64,000 bases of DNA, from IMG/VR virus record IMGVR_UViG_3300042564_005465. The stretch is one strand, 5' to 3'. The translations under genes and the position numbers were made by a program. This stretch comes from an uncultured virus (IMG/VR IMGVR_UViG_3300042564_005465) (taxonomy: Duplodnaviria > Heunggongvirae > Uroviricota > Caudoviricetes). Numbering within the stretch: position 1 is the stretch's first letter; every line of letters begins with the position of its first letter. Positions 1-8,817 of the stretch are shown here, piece after piece. Under the pieces are notes generated by a model. That model worked only from the letters and a program-made list of their open reading frames with translations, did not search any database and was not told the DNA's origin.

Positions 1-255
1 GCACCCACTTCAGTTGGTGGTAGTTTCTCGTGCAGCGACCAGCAGCTCACCACACTTGAAGGTGCACCCACTTCAGTTGGTGGTGATTTCTTGTGCCACA
101 ACAACCAGCTCACCACACTTGAAGGTGCACCCACTTCAGTTGGTGGTAGTTTATTGTGCCACATCAACCAGCTTACCACACTTGAAGGTGCACCCACTTC
201 AGTTGGTGGTGATTTCTGGTGCTACACCAACCAGCTCACTACACTTAAAGGAATG
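1..255 (+). repeat. 63-bp coding tandem repeat (about 4 units visible)
   Basis: GCACCCACTTCAGTTGGTGGT at 1, 64, 127, 190. Confidence 0.95.
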
Positions 256-471
256 CCAACTGTACCTGGAATCTTACATCTCTCCTATAGCCCCACTTTG
301 CCACTGCTTCGTTGTTTGCTCGCAAAAGAGATTCAACTGTATCCTGAGAATGGGAAGCACAAAACAGCTGAAGAAATTCTCAATCGATACGCAGGGCAAG
401 GCAAACGAGCCCTATTTGATTGCCAAAAAGAATTGGAAGATGAAGGTTTTGAAGGGAATGCCAGATGGTAA
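1..471 (+). CDS. LRR-like repeat protein, 5'-truncated by window edge (family with conserved tail YAGQGKRALFDCQKELEDxGFEGNARW)
   Basis: Frame 1 is open from base 1; 21-aa repeats xxNQLTTLEGAPTSVGGxFxC; tail shared with six other ORFs in the window. Confidence 0.85.
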   Translation, partial: APTSVGGSFSCSDQQLTTLEGAPTSVGGDFLCHNNQLTTLEGAPTSVGGSLLCHINQLTTLEGAPTSVGGDFWCYTNQLTTLKGMPTVPGILHLSYSPTLPLLRCLLAKEIQLYPENGKHKTAEEILNRYAGQGKRALFDCQKELEDEGFEGNARW

Positions 472-1136
472 TCAAAAAAGAAGTAATGGCTTTGTTGAAA
501 GCTAATTTCAAAACAACTGGTTCAATAACCATTGACGATAAGGGATTGGTTAGTTGTACAGGTATGGTAACTCCTAAAAAGAAGTTGAAGAGATTGCCTG
601 TTGCTTTTGATAAGGTTGGTGGTAATTTCTGGTGCCACAACAACCAGCTCACTACACTTGAAGGTGCACCCACTTCAGTTGGTGGTAATTTCTGGTGCGA
701 CAACAACCAGCTCACTACACTTGAAGGTGCACCCACTTCAGTTGGTGGTAGTTTCTTGTGCTACAGCAACCAGCTCACCACACTTGAAGGTGCACCCACT
801 TCAGTTGGTGGTGATTTCTACTGCGACAACAACCAGCTCACCACACTTGAAGGTGCACCCACTTCAGTTGGTGGTAATTTCTGGTGCAAAAAAAACCAGC
901 TCACCGCACTTGAAGGCTTGCCAACCATACCTGGAATCTTACATCTCTCCTATAGCTCCACTTTGCCACTGCTTCGTTGTTTGCTCGCAAAAGAGATTCA
1001 ACTGTATCCTGAGAATGGGAAGCACAAAACAGCTGAAAGCATTTTGAACAAATATGCTGGACAAGGCAAACGAGCAATGTTTGATTGCCAAAAAGAATTG
1101 GAAGATGCAGGATTTGAAGGAAATGCAAAATGGTAA
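465..1136 (+). CDS. LRR-like repeat protein, same family
   Basis: Five 21-aa repeats, LPLLR motif and conserved tail; start overlaps the previous stop (ATGGTAA). Confidence 0.9.
   Translation: MVIKKEVMALLKANFKTTGSITIDDKGLVSCTGMVTPKKKLKRLPVAFDKVGGNFWCHNNQLTTLEGAPTSVGGNFWCDNNQLTTLEGAPTSVGGSFLCYSNQLTTLEGAPTSVGGDFYCDNNQLTTLEGAPTSVGGNFWCKKNQLTALEGLPTIPGILHLSYSSTLPLLRCLLAKEIQLYPENGKHKTAESILNKYAGQGKRAMFDCQKELEDAGFEGNAKW
615..915 (+). repeat. 63-bp coding tandem repeat (about 5 units)
   Basis: GCACCCACTTCAGTTGGTGGT at 666, 729, 792, 855. Confidence 0.95.
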
Positions 1137-1188
1137 TTTGTGCACTGCAACAATTTCCTGTTAAATAGCCAAAAACAGGAGAACTATT

Positions 1189-1341
1189 ATGTTTTTGGAA
1201 AAAATTCGTCAATGGTGGCACTATTATTGCATGACCAATGAGGAACGCTATCTGAGTGAAGCTGTTGATGTTGTTGACTTTGAGTGCCGATTGAAAAGGG
1301 TTGAAACTCAACGTCATCAAAAAATTCACATGCCTATTTGA
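1189..1341 (+). CDS. Small 50-aa protein, DUF3563-like
   Basis: TAAATA, then AGGAG RBS; MFLEKIRQWW...EERYLSEAVDVVDFECRLKR; below the ORF-track size cutoff. Confidence 0.55.
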   Translation: MFLEKIRQWWHYYCMTNEERYLSEAVDVVDFECRLKRVETQRHQKIHMPI

Positions 1342-1409
1342 AAGGGTTTGACGTAACCTCTGCCCTCAGCTAGAATTTGCTACAACAAAACGCTGATAGG
1401 GACAACGAG

Positions 1410-1979
1410 ATGAAATTGAATCTGCGCAAGGCTGCTGCTGTGCAAAACAGCATTCGAGCTGCTATCAGTGAGCGTCAATCACAGCTTACTGGCGAACTAA
1501 CTATGGAACTTTGGTCAGTAAATGATGAGATGCTGGCAATTGCTCGTGGTGCGCAACTGCGTGCAATTGATGAGATTGATCGTCTTGAGTCAACACTCGC
1601 AAACATCCGAGAGCAAGTGGGTGCAGCCAATGTAAAGTGCAGTGTTAGTAAACTGCTATGTGAGCAGGCTGTAGTAGCTGCTCAGATTTCGCGGTTCTCC
1701 CGGCTGGTGAAGAGCACTCCTGTTCCCAGCAGCACACACCTGGCAGAGCGTGCCAAAAGCATCTCGGTTGCCAATGAGAAAAGCTCTTACCGAATCACCG
1801 AAAGCTTTTCTGTTGGTGTGTTCAGCCTTACCGACATTGAGAAGTTCAACACTCAGCTGGTAACACTGCGTCGCAGGCAGACAGCTATTGGTGAAGAGCT
1901 TATCACTGCTAACATCTCTACTGAAATCAATATTCGAGACCAAGACTGGACATGGCTTGAGTCTCTAGGTATTGTGTAG
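1410..1979 (+). CDS. Coiled-coil protein, weakly DIP1984/septicolysin-like
   Basis: MKLNLRKA start; heptad-rich helices; C-terminal IGEELITANISTEI; promoter TTGACG-N17-TAGAAT upstream. Confidence 0.6.
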   Translation: MKLNLRKAAAVQNSIRAAISERQSQLTGELTMELWSVNDEMLAIARGAQLRAIDEIDRLESTLANIREQVGAANVKCSVSKLLCEQAVVAAQISRFSRLVKSTPVPSSTHLAERAKSISVANEKSSYRITESFSVGVFSLTDIEKFNTQLVTLRRRQTAIGEELITANISTEINIRDQDWTWLESLGIV

Positions 1980-1999
1980 GCCCACAAAGCCTGCACAAT

Positions 2000-2212
2000 C
2001 AGGTCACAAGTGAAGGAAAAAACAAGACATTATCATTGACAGGATGGATAACATCCTCCAGGGCTAAACCCATTGCTCAGCACGTTTTCGGTATGCCTCA
2101 CGGGCTCCATTTGTTTTTTGTTGTGCTGCTATATTGGGATTGTGTTTTGCAGTTTGTTGGTTGTCGTTTGTTCTTTGTTAGAGTCTCTGTTTGATCTTGA
2201 GTTTGTGACCTG
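2000..2212 (+). ncRNA. Candidate structured RNA closed by a 10-bp helix, with a periodic TTG tract
   Basis: CAGGTCACAA (2000-2009) pairs with TTGTGACCTG (2203-2212); inner hairpin AGGATG/CATCCT; TTG every 7 nt from 2142 to 2177. Confidence 0.55.
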
Positions 2213-2236
2213 TTTCTTCTTTTGAAAGACATTCTT

Positions 2237-3061
2237 ATGAAATTTGCCCTTATCTCTGACATCCACATTGACCACAGTGGGTGGGATTGGCAACTTCTTG
2301 ACAAAGTTGACTCTGCTACTCCACTTGTGGTGTGTGGCGACATTGAAAATGATGTTCGCGCTGGAAGCCGGTGGCTGCGCGAAGCTGGGCAGCGATTTGA
2401 ACATGTGATTTGGGTGGCCGGCAACCATTGCATGTACAACCTAGGATTTCATTCCACTCGACTGAGTGACCCAGAGTTTGACGCTCAGTATCCCTATCCG
2501 CGCACTGTTGAGGAAATCTACGACCACTACAGCCGATATAGCAAGGCACATAATGTCTCCTTTCTGCATAGAGGCAGTGTTGTGGTCAACGGTGTGAAGT
2601 TTGTGGGTGCTACTGGTTGGCATGATTTCCAAGCTGGTAGCCCATTTGACTTTGAGCAGCAATCCTCAGCTTACCTACATTACATGAATGATGCTCGCTA
2701 TATCCAGTGGGGCACAGAATACAAGGTGCAAGCAATTGTAGACTCTGCAAAAGCGGATGCTGAGTATATCCAAAACGCTGTAACCAACTCAGCACACCAT
2801 GTGGTGGTAATGACGCATCATGCACCTAATCGAGTGCTGCTGAAGTATAATCCAAACCCCAGGTGGGTTATGCTAAATGGCAGTTATGCAAACACACTCT
2901 TGGAACCCATCACCAACTCAAACATTCGCGCTTGGTGCTTTGGTCACACACATGACCGTCAAGACCGAGTGCTAAATGGTGTTCGCTACATCAACAATGC
3001 TCGAGGCTATCCTGGTGAAAACCCTGGTTGGACTCCAGTGGAAATTGAAATTGATATTTGA
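2237..3061 (+). CDS. Calcineurin-like metallophosphoesterase
   Basis: SDIH, GD, GNH, THH and GHTH motifs. Confidence 0.9.
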   Translation: MKFALISDIHIDHSGWDWQLLDKVDSATPLVVCGDIENDVRAGSRWLREAGQRFEHVIWVAGNHCMYNLGFHSTRLSDPEFDAQYPYPRTVEEIYDHYSRYSKAHNVSFLHRGSVVVNGVKFVGATGWHDFQAGSPFDFEQQSSAYLHYMNDARYIQWGTEYKVQAIVDSAKADAEYIQNAVTNSAHHVVVMTHHAPNRVLLKYNPNPRWVMLNGSYANTLLEPITNSNIRAWCFGHTHDRQDRVLNGVRYINNARGYPGENPGWTPVEIEIDI

Positions 3062-3094
3062 CACAACACTATTTGTCATCTATCCTTAAAAGGA

Positions 3095-3301
3095 AGAATG
3101 CTTACAGCAAAGTTTATGCAATTGGAAAAGTGCAAAAACAGCATTCTGTTTACGGGCTTGAGGATTTGGTTCAGCAAACCTTTGGATAACGTTTTGTTTA
3201 TCAAAACCAGTGGTTCAATTCCACATCCAAATCCGTGCCCACCACAAAGGATCTCTTCCGCAAACTTAAAATCGCATCATGTGTGATACAAAGGAGATCC
3301 T
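3095..3301 (+). ncRNA. Array of three stem-loop RNAs with T[AT]C[AC]GCAA motif (Y-RNA-like candidate)
   Basis: 8-bp closing stems AGAATGCT/AGCATTCT, GGATTTGG/CCAAATCC, AGGATCTC/GAGATCCT; T-arm GTGG-TTCAATT-CCAC in unit 2; promoter at 3058. Confidence 0.65.
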
Positions 3302-3571
3302 GTGACTACTCAAATAAATGCACAATACATCAGCTATCAAACATATCGTTGGTTAAGCCCCTTGATCTACGAGATCATTGCAGAAGTCTCGGCTCAGAAC
3401 ATTGATATAGCTCAAGACGTAGTAAATGACAAGTTTGTAATCTTTTTTGAAGTAGAGAACACTAGATACACGCTGCCAATCTACAATAACCGACTGCAAG
3501 GCTTTCCTCTTGATTTGAAAGATGACAGTTTCCAAGAATTGATTGCTGAAATCAAGCTGCGACATTTTTGA
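3302..3571 (+). CDS. Hypothetical protein
   Basis: 89-aa ORF with AAGGAG RBS. Confidence 0.55.
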   Translation: MTTQINAQYISYQTYRWLSPLIYEIIAEVSAQNIDIAQDVVNDKFVIFFEVENTRYTLPIYNNRLQGFPLDLKDDSFQELIAEIKLRHF

Positions 3572-3596
3572 CACAACCCTGTTTACAGGGTATAGT
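3568..3596 (+). promoter_or_regulatory. Sigma70-type promoter with palindromic spacer
   Basis: TTGACA-N17-TATAGT containing ACCCTGT-TT-ACAGGGT. Confidence 0.65.
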
Positions 3597-3626
3597 TCAC
3601 TACACATATGCATGAGGAAATTTTGC

Positions 3627-5036
3627 ATGAGCTTTGCAGCAGCCGTTGATCTCACCCACTCAGAAACAGCCAATGGCATGCCCACCAATGCAACAACCAA
3701 CAATCCTGTATTGGATCTCTTTGCTGTCATCGGCAGCAGTCGAGGCAAAAATCTGTCTACTCAATTTTCTGCTGCATTCAGTTGTGATACACTGCTGACA
3801 GTGAAAACCCTGTTTTGGGCACGTGATGCACGCGGTGGTGCTGGTGAACGCGATATTTTCCGGAAATTGTTCAACCAACTGTGTGAGAAGGATCCAGAGC
3901 TGGCAATTCGCTTGCTCACATTGATCCCTGAGTTTGGTAGATATGACGACTTACTCAGTATTGCTCATCCACTAGTGCAACAGGTTGCACTAGCATATTA
4001 TGCTGATGAGCTGCACAAAGGCAAGGCACTAGCAGCCAAATATGCCCCGCGCCAAGGACAACTAGCCAATCGCTTGCGCAAACTCTTGGGAATCAAAACT
4101 CCCAAAGAATATCGCCAGTTAGTGGTTAACCAATGTCACACAGTGGAACAACAGATGTGTGCGCGACAATGGCACAACATTCACTATAGCCAATTGCCTT
4201 CTGTAGCCAGTGCTCGCTATCAAAAGGCTTTTTTGAAAAATGATCCAGCACGCTACAACCTTTGGAAAGAGGGTTTGAAAACTGGTGTTGCCCGTGTGAA
4301 CAGCTCCGTTCTCTTTCCCTACGATGTGTTGAAGAGCATGCGTAATGGCGATGCAGAAGTTGCGCAAGCTCAATGGGACAGCCTACCAAATCTGTTGGGT
4401 GAGGACAACATCCTTCCAATGGTTGACACCTCTGGTAGCATGAGTAGTGCTGTTGGCGGCAACTCCAAACTCTCCTGTATGGAGGTGGCCTTGAGTTTGG
4501 GGCTCTATGTAAGTGACAAACAACAGGGCGCTTTCAAAGACTTGCTGTTGACCTTTTCAGGTGATAGTCGAATTGAGCGACTGCAAGGCAGCTTGACGGA
4601 GAAGGTGCGCCAAATCAGCACACTGCATTGGGGCATGAACACCAGCATTGAACGAGCTTTCCGTGAGATCTTGCGTGTGGCTGTGATGGGTAATGTGCCC
4701 AACAGTGAAATGCCCAAGGTGGTGCTGGTGCTGAGTGATCAAGAGTTTGACTCCTCAAGCGATGGTAACAAAATGGCTTGGAACATAGCTCAAGAAACTT
4801 TCCAACGGCACAGCTACTCAACTCCAAAAATTGTTTGGTGGAACCTAAATGCTCGCGCAGGAAATTTTCCCGTAAGGGCACACAGCACAGGGGCTGCTTT
4901 GGTAAGTGGATTCTCTCCCAGCATCTTGAAAAGCATTTTGAAATGCGAGGAGTTTTCGCCGTTGACTGTGATGCTGGAAACGCTGAACAATCCACGCTAT
5001 GATAATGTAGCTGCGGCTGTAGGACACAACTCTTGA
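3627..5036 (+). CDS. DUF2828-type TROVE/Ro-like protein with C-terminal vWA domain
   Basis: RDARGGAGER, EFGRYDDL, AAKYAPR, MIDAS motif DTSGSM, LSDQEFD, WWNL, VSGFSP; start placed at MSFAAA after the promoter and GAGG. Confidence 0.85.
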   Translation: MSFAAAVDLTHSETANGMPTNATTNNPVLDLFAVIGSSRGKNLSTQFSAAFSCDTLLTVKTLFWARDARGGAGERDIFRKLFNQLCEKDPELAIRLLTLIPEFGRYDDLLSIAHPLVQQVALAYYADELHKGKALAAKYAPRQGQLANRLRKLLGIKTPKEYRQLVVNQCHTVEQQMCARQWHNIHYSQLPSVASARYQKAFLKNDPARYNLWKEGLKTGVARVNSSVLFPYDVLKSMRNGDAEVAQAQWDSLPNLLGEDNILPMVDTSGSMSSAVGGNSKLSCMEVALSLGLYVSDKQQGAFKDLLLTFSGDSRIERLQGSLTEKVRQISTLHWGMNTSIERAFREILRVAVMGNVPNSEMPKVVLVLSDQEFDSSSDGNKMAWNIAQETFQRHSYSTPKIVWWNLNARAGNFPVRAHSTGAALVSGFSPSILKSILKCEEFSPLTVMLETLNNPRYDNVAAAVGHNS

Positions 5037-5878
5037 GCACCTTGCCTTACAGCATTTATCAAGGTGATAATGTTGGCATGCTGAAACAGTATGTTCTTGA
5101 CTCCAGCATTGATCTCACTGTCACTAGTCCTCCTTACGACAGCCTCCGAGACTACAAAGGCCACACTTGGGATTTTGATGAGTTGTTGAAGGAACTCAAA
5201 AGAGTAACAAAGCCTGGTGGTATTGTCATGTGGAATGTGGCTGATCAAGTTGTGAATGGCAGTGAAACTGGCACAAGCTTTCGACAAGCTTTGAAATTCA
5301 TAGACAGTGGTTGGCGACTTCATGATACAATGGTTTACGAAAAAGCCAACTTCAGCAATCCCAGCAGCAACCGGTACCACCAATTGGCAGAGTGGATGTT
5401 TGTGTTCAGCCTTGGAAAACCCAAAACCTTCAATCCCATCAAAGACAAACCTACTACAGCATTGAATAATCCTGATCATGCACGCATGGCAACATTTGGT
5501 AAGAACACAGTGCGTAACAAGGATGGTCTCATGCAAGACAGGGGGTCGAGAAAGGACTACTCAGAGTTTGGTATGCGAGGCAATATTTGGCGCATGAAAA
5601 CAGCAGGGCAAGAACGGCCATGCAAGAGCATTTCTCATCCAGCCAAAATGCCCACAGCTATGGCCCATGATCATATCATCAGTTGGAGCAATCCAGGAGA
5701 TGTAATCTTGGACCCATTTGCAGGCAGTGGAACAACTGGTGTAGAGGCATTGAAACTGGGGCGACACTTTGTTGGAACTGAAATAGCCCAAGAATATTTT
5801 GAGATCATGCAGAACAACTTGAATGACTGGGTAAGTTTGAACAATATAATCAATCCTGTTGCATCCAAAGACGAATAA
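5033..5878 (+). CDS. DNA methyltransferase, beta class (N4-C/N6-A)
   Basis: TSPPY precedes HPA and DPFAGSGTT. Confidence 0.92.
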   Translation: MSTLPYSIYQGDNVGMLKQYVLDSSIDLTVTSPPYDSLRDYKGHTWDFDELLKELKRVTKPGGIVMWNVADQVVNGSETGTSFRQALKFIDSGWRLHDTMVYEKANFSNPSSNRYHQLAEWMFVFSLGKPKTFNPIKDKPTTALNNPDHARMATFGKNTVRNKDGLMQDRGSRKDYSEFGMRGNIWRMKTAGQERPCKSISHPAKMPTAMAHDHIISWSNPGDVILDPFAGSGTTGVEALKLGRHFVGTEIAQEYFEIMQNNLNDWVSLNNIINPVASKDE

Positions 5879-5892
5879 CAGTAAATATAACA

Positions 5893-5949
5893 TGGAGTTG
5901 ACTCAAAAGTAACTCCCTAAACATCTTGCTTTAAGAAGGAGATAACAAA
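5893..5949 (+). promoter_or_regulatory. ROSE-like RNA thermometer candidate in the dnaK leader
   Basis: Hairpin GGAGTT/AACTCC, then TCTTGCTT-TAAG-AAGGAGA sequestering the SD with a UUGCU motif. Confidence 0.45.
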
Positions 5950-7785
5950 ATGACTATCATTGCGATAGATCTTGGAACTACGAATTCATGCGTGGCCATT
6001 ATGGAAAATGGCACAGCTCGCGTAATTGAAAACGCAGAAGGTGCACGCACAACCCCCAGCATTGTGGCTTGGACTGACAAGGAACAACTGGTTGGACAAG
6101 CTGCCAAACGACAGGCTGTTACAAATCCCGAAAACACAGTTTTTGAAAGCAAGCGCCTGATTGGTCGGCGCTTTGCGGATCCATCAGTCGCAGCAGATAT
6201 GAAAACACTACCTTACAAAATTGTCAAGGCTGACAATGGCGATGCATGGGTAGAAACTCGAGGTCAGGCTCGCAGTCCAGCTGAGATTGGCGCTCAGGTG
6301 CTGTTGAAGATGAAAGAAACGGCAGAAACCTATCTGGGGAAAAAAGTCTCCCAAGCTGTTCTGACAGTACCTGCATATTTTGATGATGCACAACGACAGG
6401 CAACAAAAGATGCTGGCCGCATTGCTGGACTTGAAGTGATGCGTATCATAAATGAACCCACAGCAGCAGCTCTAGCTTTCAGCACTGACAAAGGTGGTGA
6501 TGGCAAGGTAATTGTTGTGGATTCAGGCGGTGGCACACATGACGTCAGTGTACTAGATATTGGTAGTGGTGTTGTAGAGGTGCTCAGCACCAATGGTGAT
6601 ACACATCTTGGTGGTGCGGATTTTGATGCCCGAGTAACAGACTATCTTGCTCAAGAGTTCTTGCGTGACCAAGGGCTAGATCTCCGGAAGGACAAAATGG
6701 CTGTGCAACGTTTGCGTGAAGCCGCAGAGCGTGCAAAGATTGAACTCAGCAGCACTAGTGAAACTGAAGTCAACTTGCCTTATATCACAGCTGACTCTTC
6801 TGGTCCCAAACATCTGTTGGTGAAGCTCTCTCGTGCAAAGTTCGAAGAGCTGACCTCTGATCTTGTGAAGCGCATCATAGCCCCGTGCCAGGCTGCACTT
6901 AAGGATGCATCAATCAACAAAAATGAGATAAAAGAGATTATCCTCGTTGGTGGCACCACACGTATTCCAGCAGTGCGCCAAGCCATCCGAGACTTCTTTG
7001 GCAAGGAGCCCAACCACTCTGTAAATCCAGATGAGGCTGTGGCCATTGGTGCGGCTGTGCAGGCTGGTGTCTTGCAAGGTGATGTGAAGGATGTGCTGCT
7101 GCTGGATGTGACTCCACTTAGCCTAGGCATTGAGACAATGGGAGGTGTGTTCACCAAACTCATCGAAAAGAACACCACGATCCCAACCAAAAAGGAACAA
7201 GTTTTCAGTACTGCTGAAGACAACCAGCAGGCAGTTACTATCAAAGTGTTCCAAGGTGAGAGAAGTATGGCGCGAGATAATAAATCGCTAGGTCAATTTG
7301 ACCTCAAAGACATTCCACCAGCACCGCGCGGCGGCCCCCAGATCGCCGTAGCATTTGATATTGATGCGAATGGCATTGTCACTGTCAGTGCACAAGACAA
7401 GGGCACTGGCAAAACTCAACAAATCTCAATCCAAGCCAATGGTGGACTGTCAGAGGCTGAGATTTTAGAAATGATCCGTCAAGCTGAAGAAAACGAAGCA
7501 GCAGACCAGGAGCGTCGGCGCGTTGCAGACGCACGCAACAATGCTGATGGCGTTATCGCTTCAGTAGAGCGGGTGCTTAAGGAAAATGTCGACAAAATCT
7601 CTGAAAGACTTCGTGCAGAAGCTGAACCCCAGTTAGCTACGTTGCGTCATGTATTAGACGGAGAGGATGTTGAAATCATTGAGAAAGAAACTACAAAACT
7701 TAGTGAAATCTCCATGAAGCTGGGTGAGGAAATCTACAAAAATACACAGGCTGAAACCTCAGCTGAACCCACCCAAAACTCTTGA
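5950..7785 (+). CDS. dnaK: Hsp70 chaperone DnaK
   Basis: [44 protein letters not shown]. Confidence 0.98.
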   Translation: MTIIAIDLGTTNSCVAIMENGTARVIENAEGARTTPSIVAWTDKEQLVGQAAKRQAVTNPENTVFESKRLIGRRFADPSVAADMKTLPYKIVKADNGDAWVETRGQARSPAEIGAQVLLKMKETAETYLGKKVSQAVLTVPAYFDDAQRQATKDAGRIAGLEVMRIINEPTAAALAFSTDKGGDGKVIVVDSGGGTHDVSVLDIGSGVVEVLSTNGDTHLGGADFDARVTDYLAQEFLRDQGLDLRKDKMAVQRLREAAERAKIELSSTSETEVNLPYITADSSGPKHLLVKLSRAKFEELTSDLVKRIIAPCQAALKDASINKNEIKEIILVGGTTRIPAVRQAIRDFFGKEPNHSVNPDEAVAIGAAVQAGVLQGDVKDVLLLDVTPLSLGIETMGGVFTKLIEKNTTIPTKKEQVFSTAEDNQQAVTIKVFQGERSMARDNKSLGQFDLKDIPPAPRGGPQIAVAFDIDANGIVTVSAQDKGTGKTQQISIQANGGLSEAEILEMIRQAEENEAADQERRRVADARNNADGVIASVERVLKENVDKISERLRAEAEPQLATLRHVLDGEDVEIIEKETTKLSEISMKLGEEIYKNTQAETSAEPTQNS

Positions 7786-7792
7786 GCTCCAA

Positions 7793-7828
7793 AGAAGGCA
7801 GCATTGAAGACTGCTGCCTTCCTTCTTG
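7793..7828 (+). terminator. Hairpin, probable terminator after dnaK
   Basis: GAAGGCAGCA/TGCTGCCTTC stem followed by CTTCTT. Confidence 0.55.
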
Positions 7829-7860
7829 ACTGAACAATTGTTTCCGCATATGCTGCGCAC

Positions 7861-8079
7861 ATGAGCGATGAACCAGCATACTTCAAACGGCGTGTGAGCC
7901 GCACAAAATACTACTACAACCCAAATTTTGGCGACAGTCGAGTGTGTGCTGACCCAGAATGCCAGCACACCTATGCAAGACATTTTGACCCCTACGAGGA
8001 TTGGGCTGCTGCGGGCTGCAAATATTGCAGTTGCAGCAAATTCAAAACCTCACGCAAGCTTGTGTGTAATCCAGCTTGA
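7861..8079 (+). CDS. Small Cys/His-rich (zinc-binding) protein
   Basis: CADPECQH...H...CKYCSC. Confidence 0.55.
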   Translation: MSDEPAYFKRRVSRTKYYYNPNFGDSRVCADPECQHTYARHFDPYEDWAAAGCKYCSCSKFKTSRKLVCNPA

Positions 8080-8129
8080 CATGCACGCGCATGTGTGCTA
8101 TAGAGGCACACTGAATAAGGAGTATCCTA

Positions 8130-8630
8130 GTGCCTGAATTTTTGGTTTGCGCAAAGAGTCAAGTGCGTGCTCGTGTGAGAAGCATGGATGCAACACACCT
8201 AGTGACTCTTTTGGATCCTGGTGATGATGTCCACAAGCCCAACAGGATCAGTCCTGAAAATTGGATTTGGCTTCGTGTGGAAGATGAGGAAAATTCCACT
8301 TGTGCCAACGCACCTACTCTTGCTCATGCCCAGAGAGTCATTGATTTCGGTGCATCACTACCTTTTGATGCTCGTGTCGTAGTACACTGCTACGCCGGAG
8401 TAAGCAGAAGTACAGCCACTGGATTGGCACTCTGGCTCCAAAGCAACGGCACACACCGTCTTGAGGAGGCTGAAGCTTGGCTGTTGGCTCATCGTGAAAG
8501 GCCTTGCCCAAATATGCTGTTGGCTGAACATTTTGACCATCTGTTGGGGATGAATGGGGAGTTTGTGCGGCTGTGCGATCAGATTGGTGAAGGCAGTATG
8601 GCTCGTTGGTGGAAAACTCAAGAGCTATAA
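8130..8630 (+). CDS. Tyrosine/dual-specificity phosphatase-like protein
   Basis: VHCYAGVSRS (CX5R) and PN motif. Confidence 0.88.
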   Translation: MPEFLVCAKSQVRARVRSMDATHLVTLLDPGDDVHKPNRISPENWIWLRVEDEENSTCANAPTLAHAQRVIDFGASLPFDARVVVHCYAGVSRSTATGLALWLQSNGTHRLEEAEAWLLAHRERPCPNMLLAEHFDHLLGMNGEFVRLCDQIGEGSMARWWKTQEL

Positions 8631-8693
8631 ACTAACGGGTTTTGGTAAGCCCACAATATTTTAAATACCTTATGTTTTTGAGGTATTTGCCAA

Positions 8694-8810
8694 ATGGCTG
8701 CAACCATTAGAGCCTTCAGAAAAATTTGGGTCATGACATTTGTGGCACTGTCAAGTGCCACAGCCTTTTATTTGGCAGCAGCATTGGGCTGGGCAACTTT
8801 TTGGTGGTAG
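8694..8810 (+). CDS. 38-aa single-TM peptide
   Basis: MAATIRAFRKIWVMTFVALSSATAFYLAAALGWATFWW after TAAATA and GAGG. Confidence 0.45.
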   Translation: MAATIRAFRKIWVMTFVALSSATAFYLAAALGWATFWW

Positions 8811-8817
8811 GAACAAT

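Noticed and set aside
1..915. CRISPR array (constant repeat with variable spacer)
   Set aside because: The period is 63 bp, in frame, and encodes LRRs; the variable parts are homologous codons, not unique spacers; no cas genes are present.
14..1047. Alternative-frame repeat ORFs 14-505 and 601-1047
   Set aside because: Off-frame readings of the stop-free 63-bp repeat.
3162..3234. Canonical tRNA gene
   Set aside because: It has a T-arm but no recognisable D-arm, canonical 7-nt anticodon loop or CCA end; treated as tRNA-like.
5033..5878. Restriction-modification system
   Set aside because: No adjacent endonuclease recognised; probably an orphan methyltransferase.
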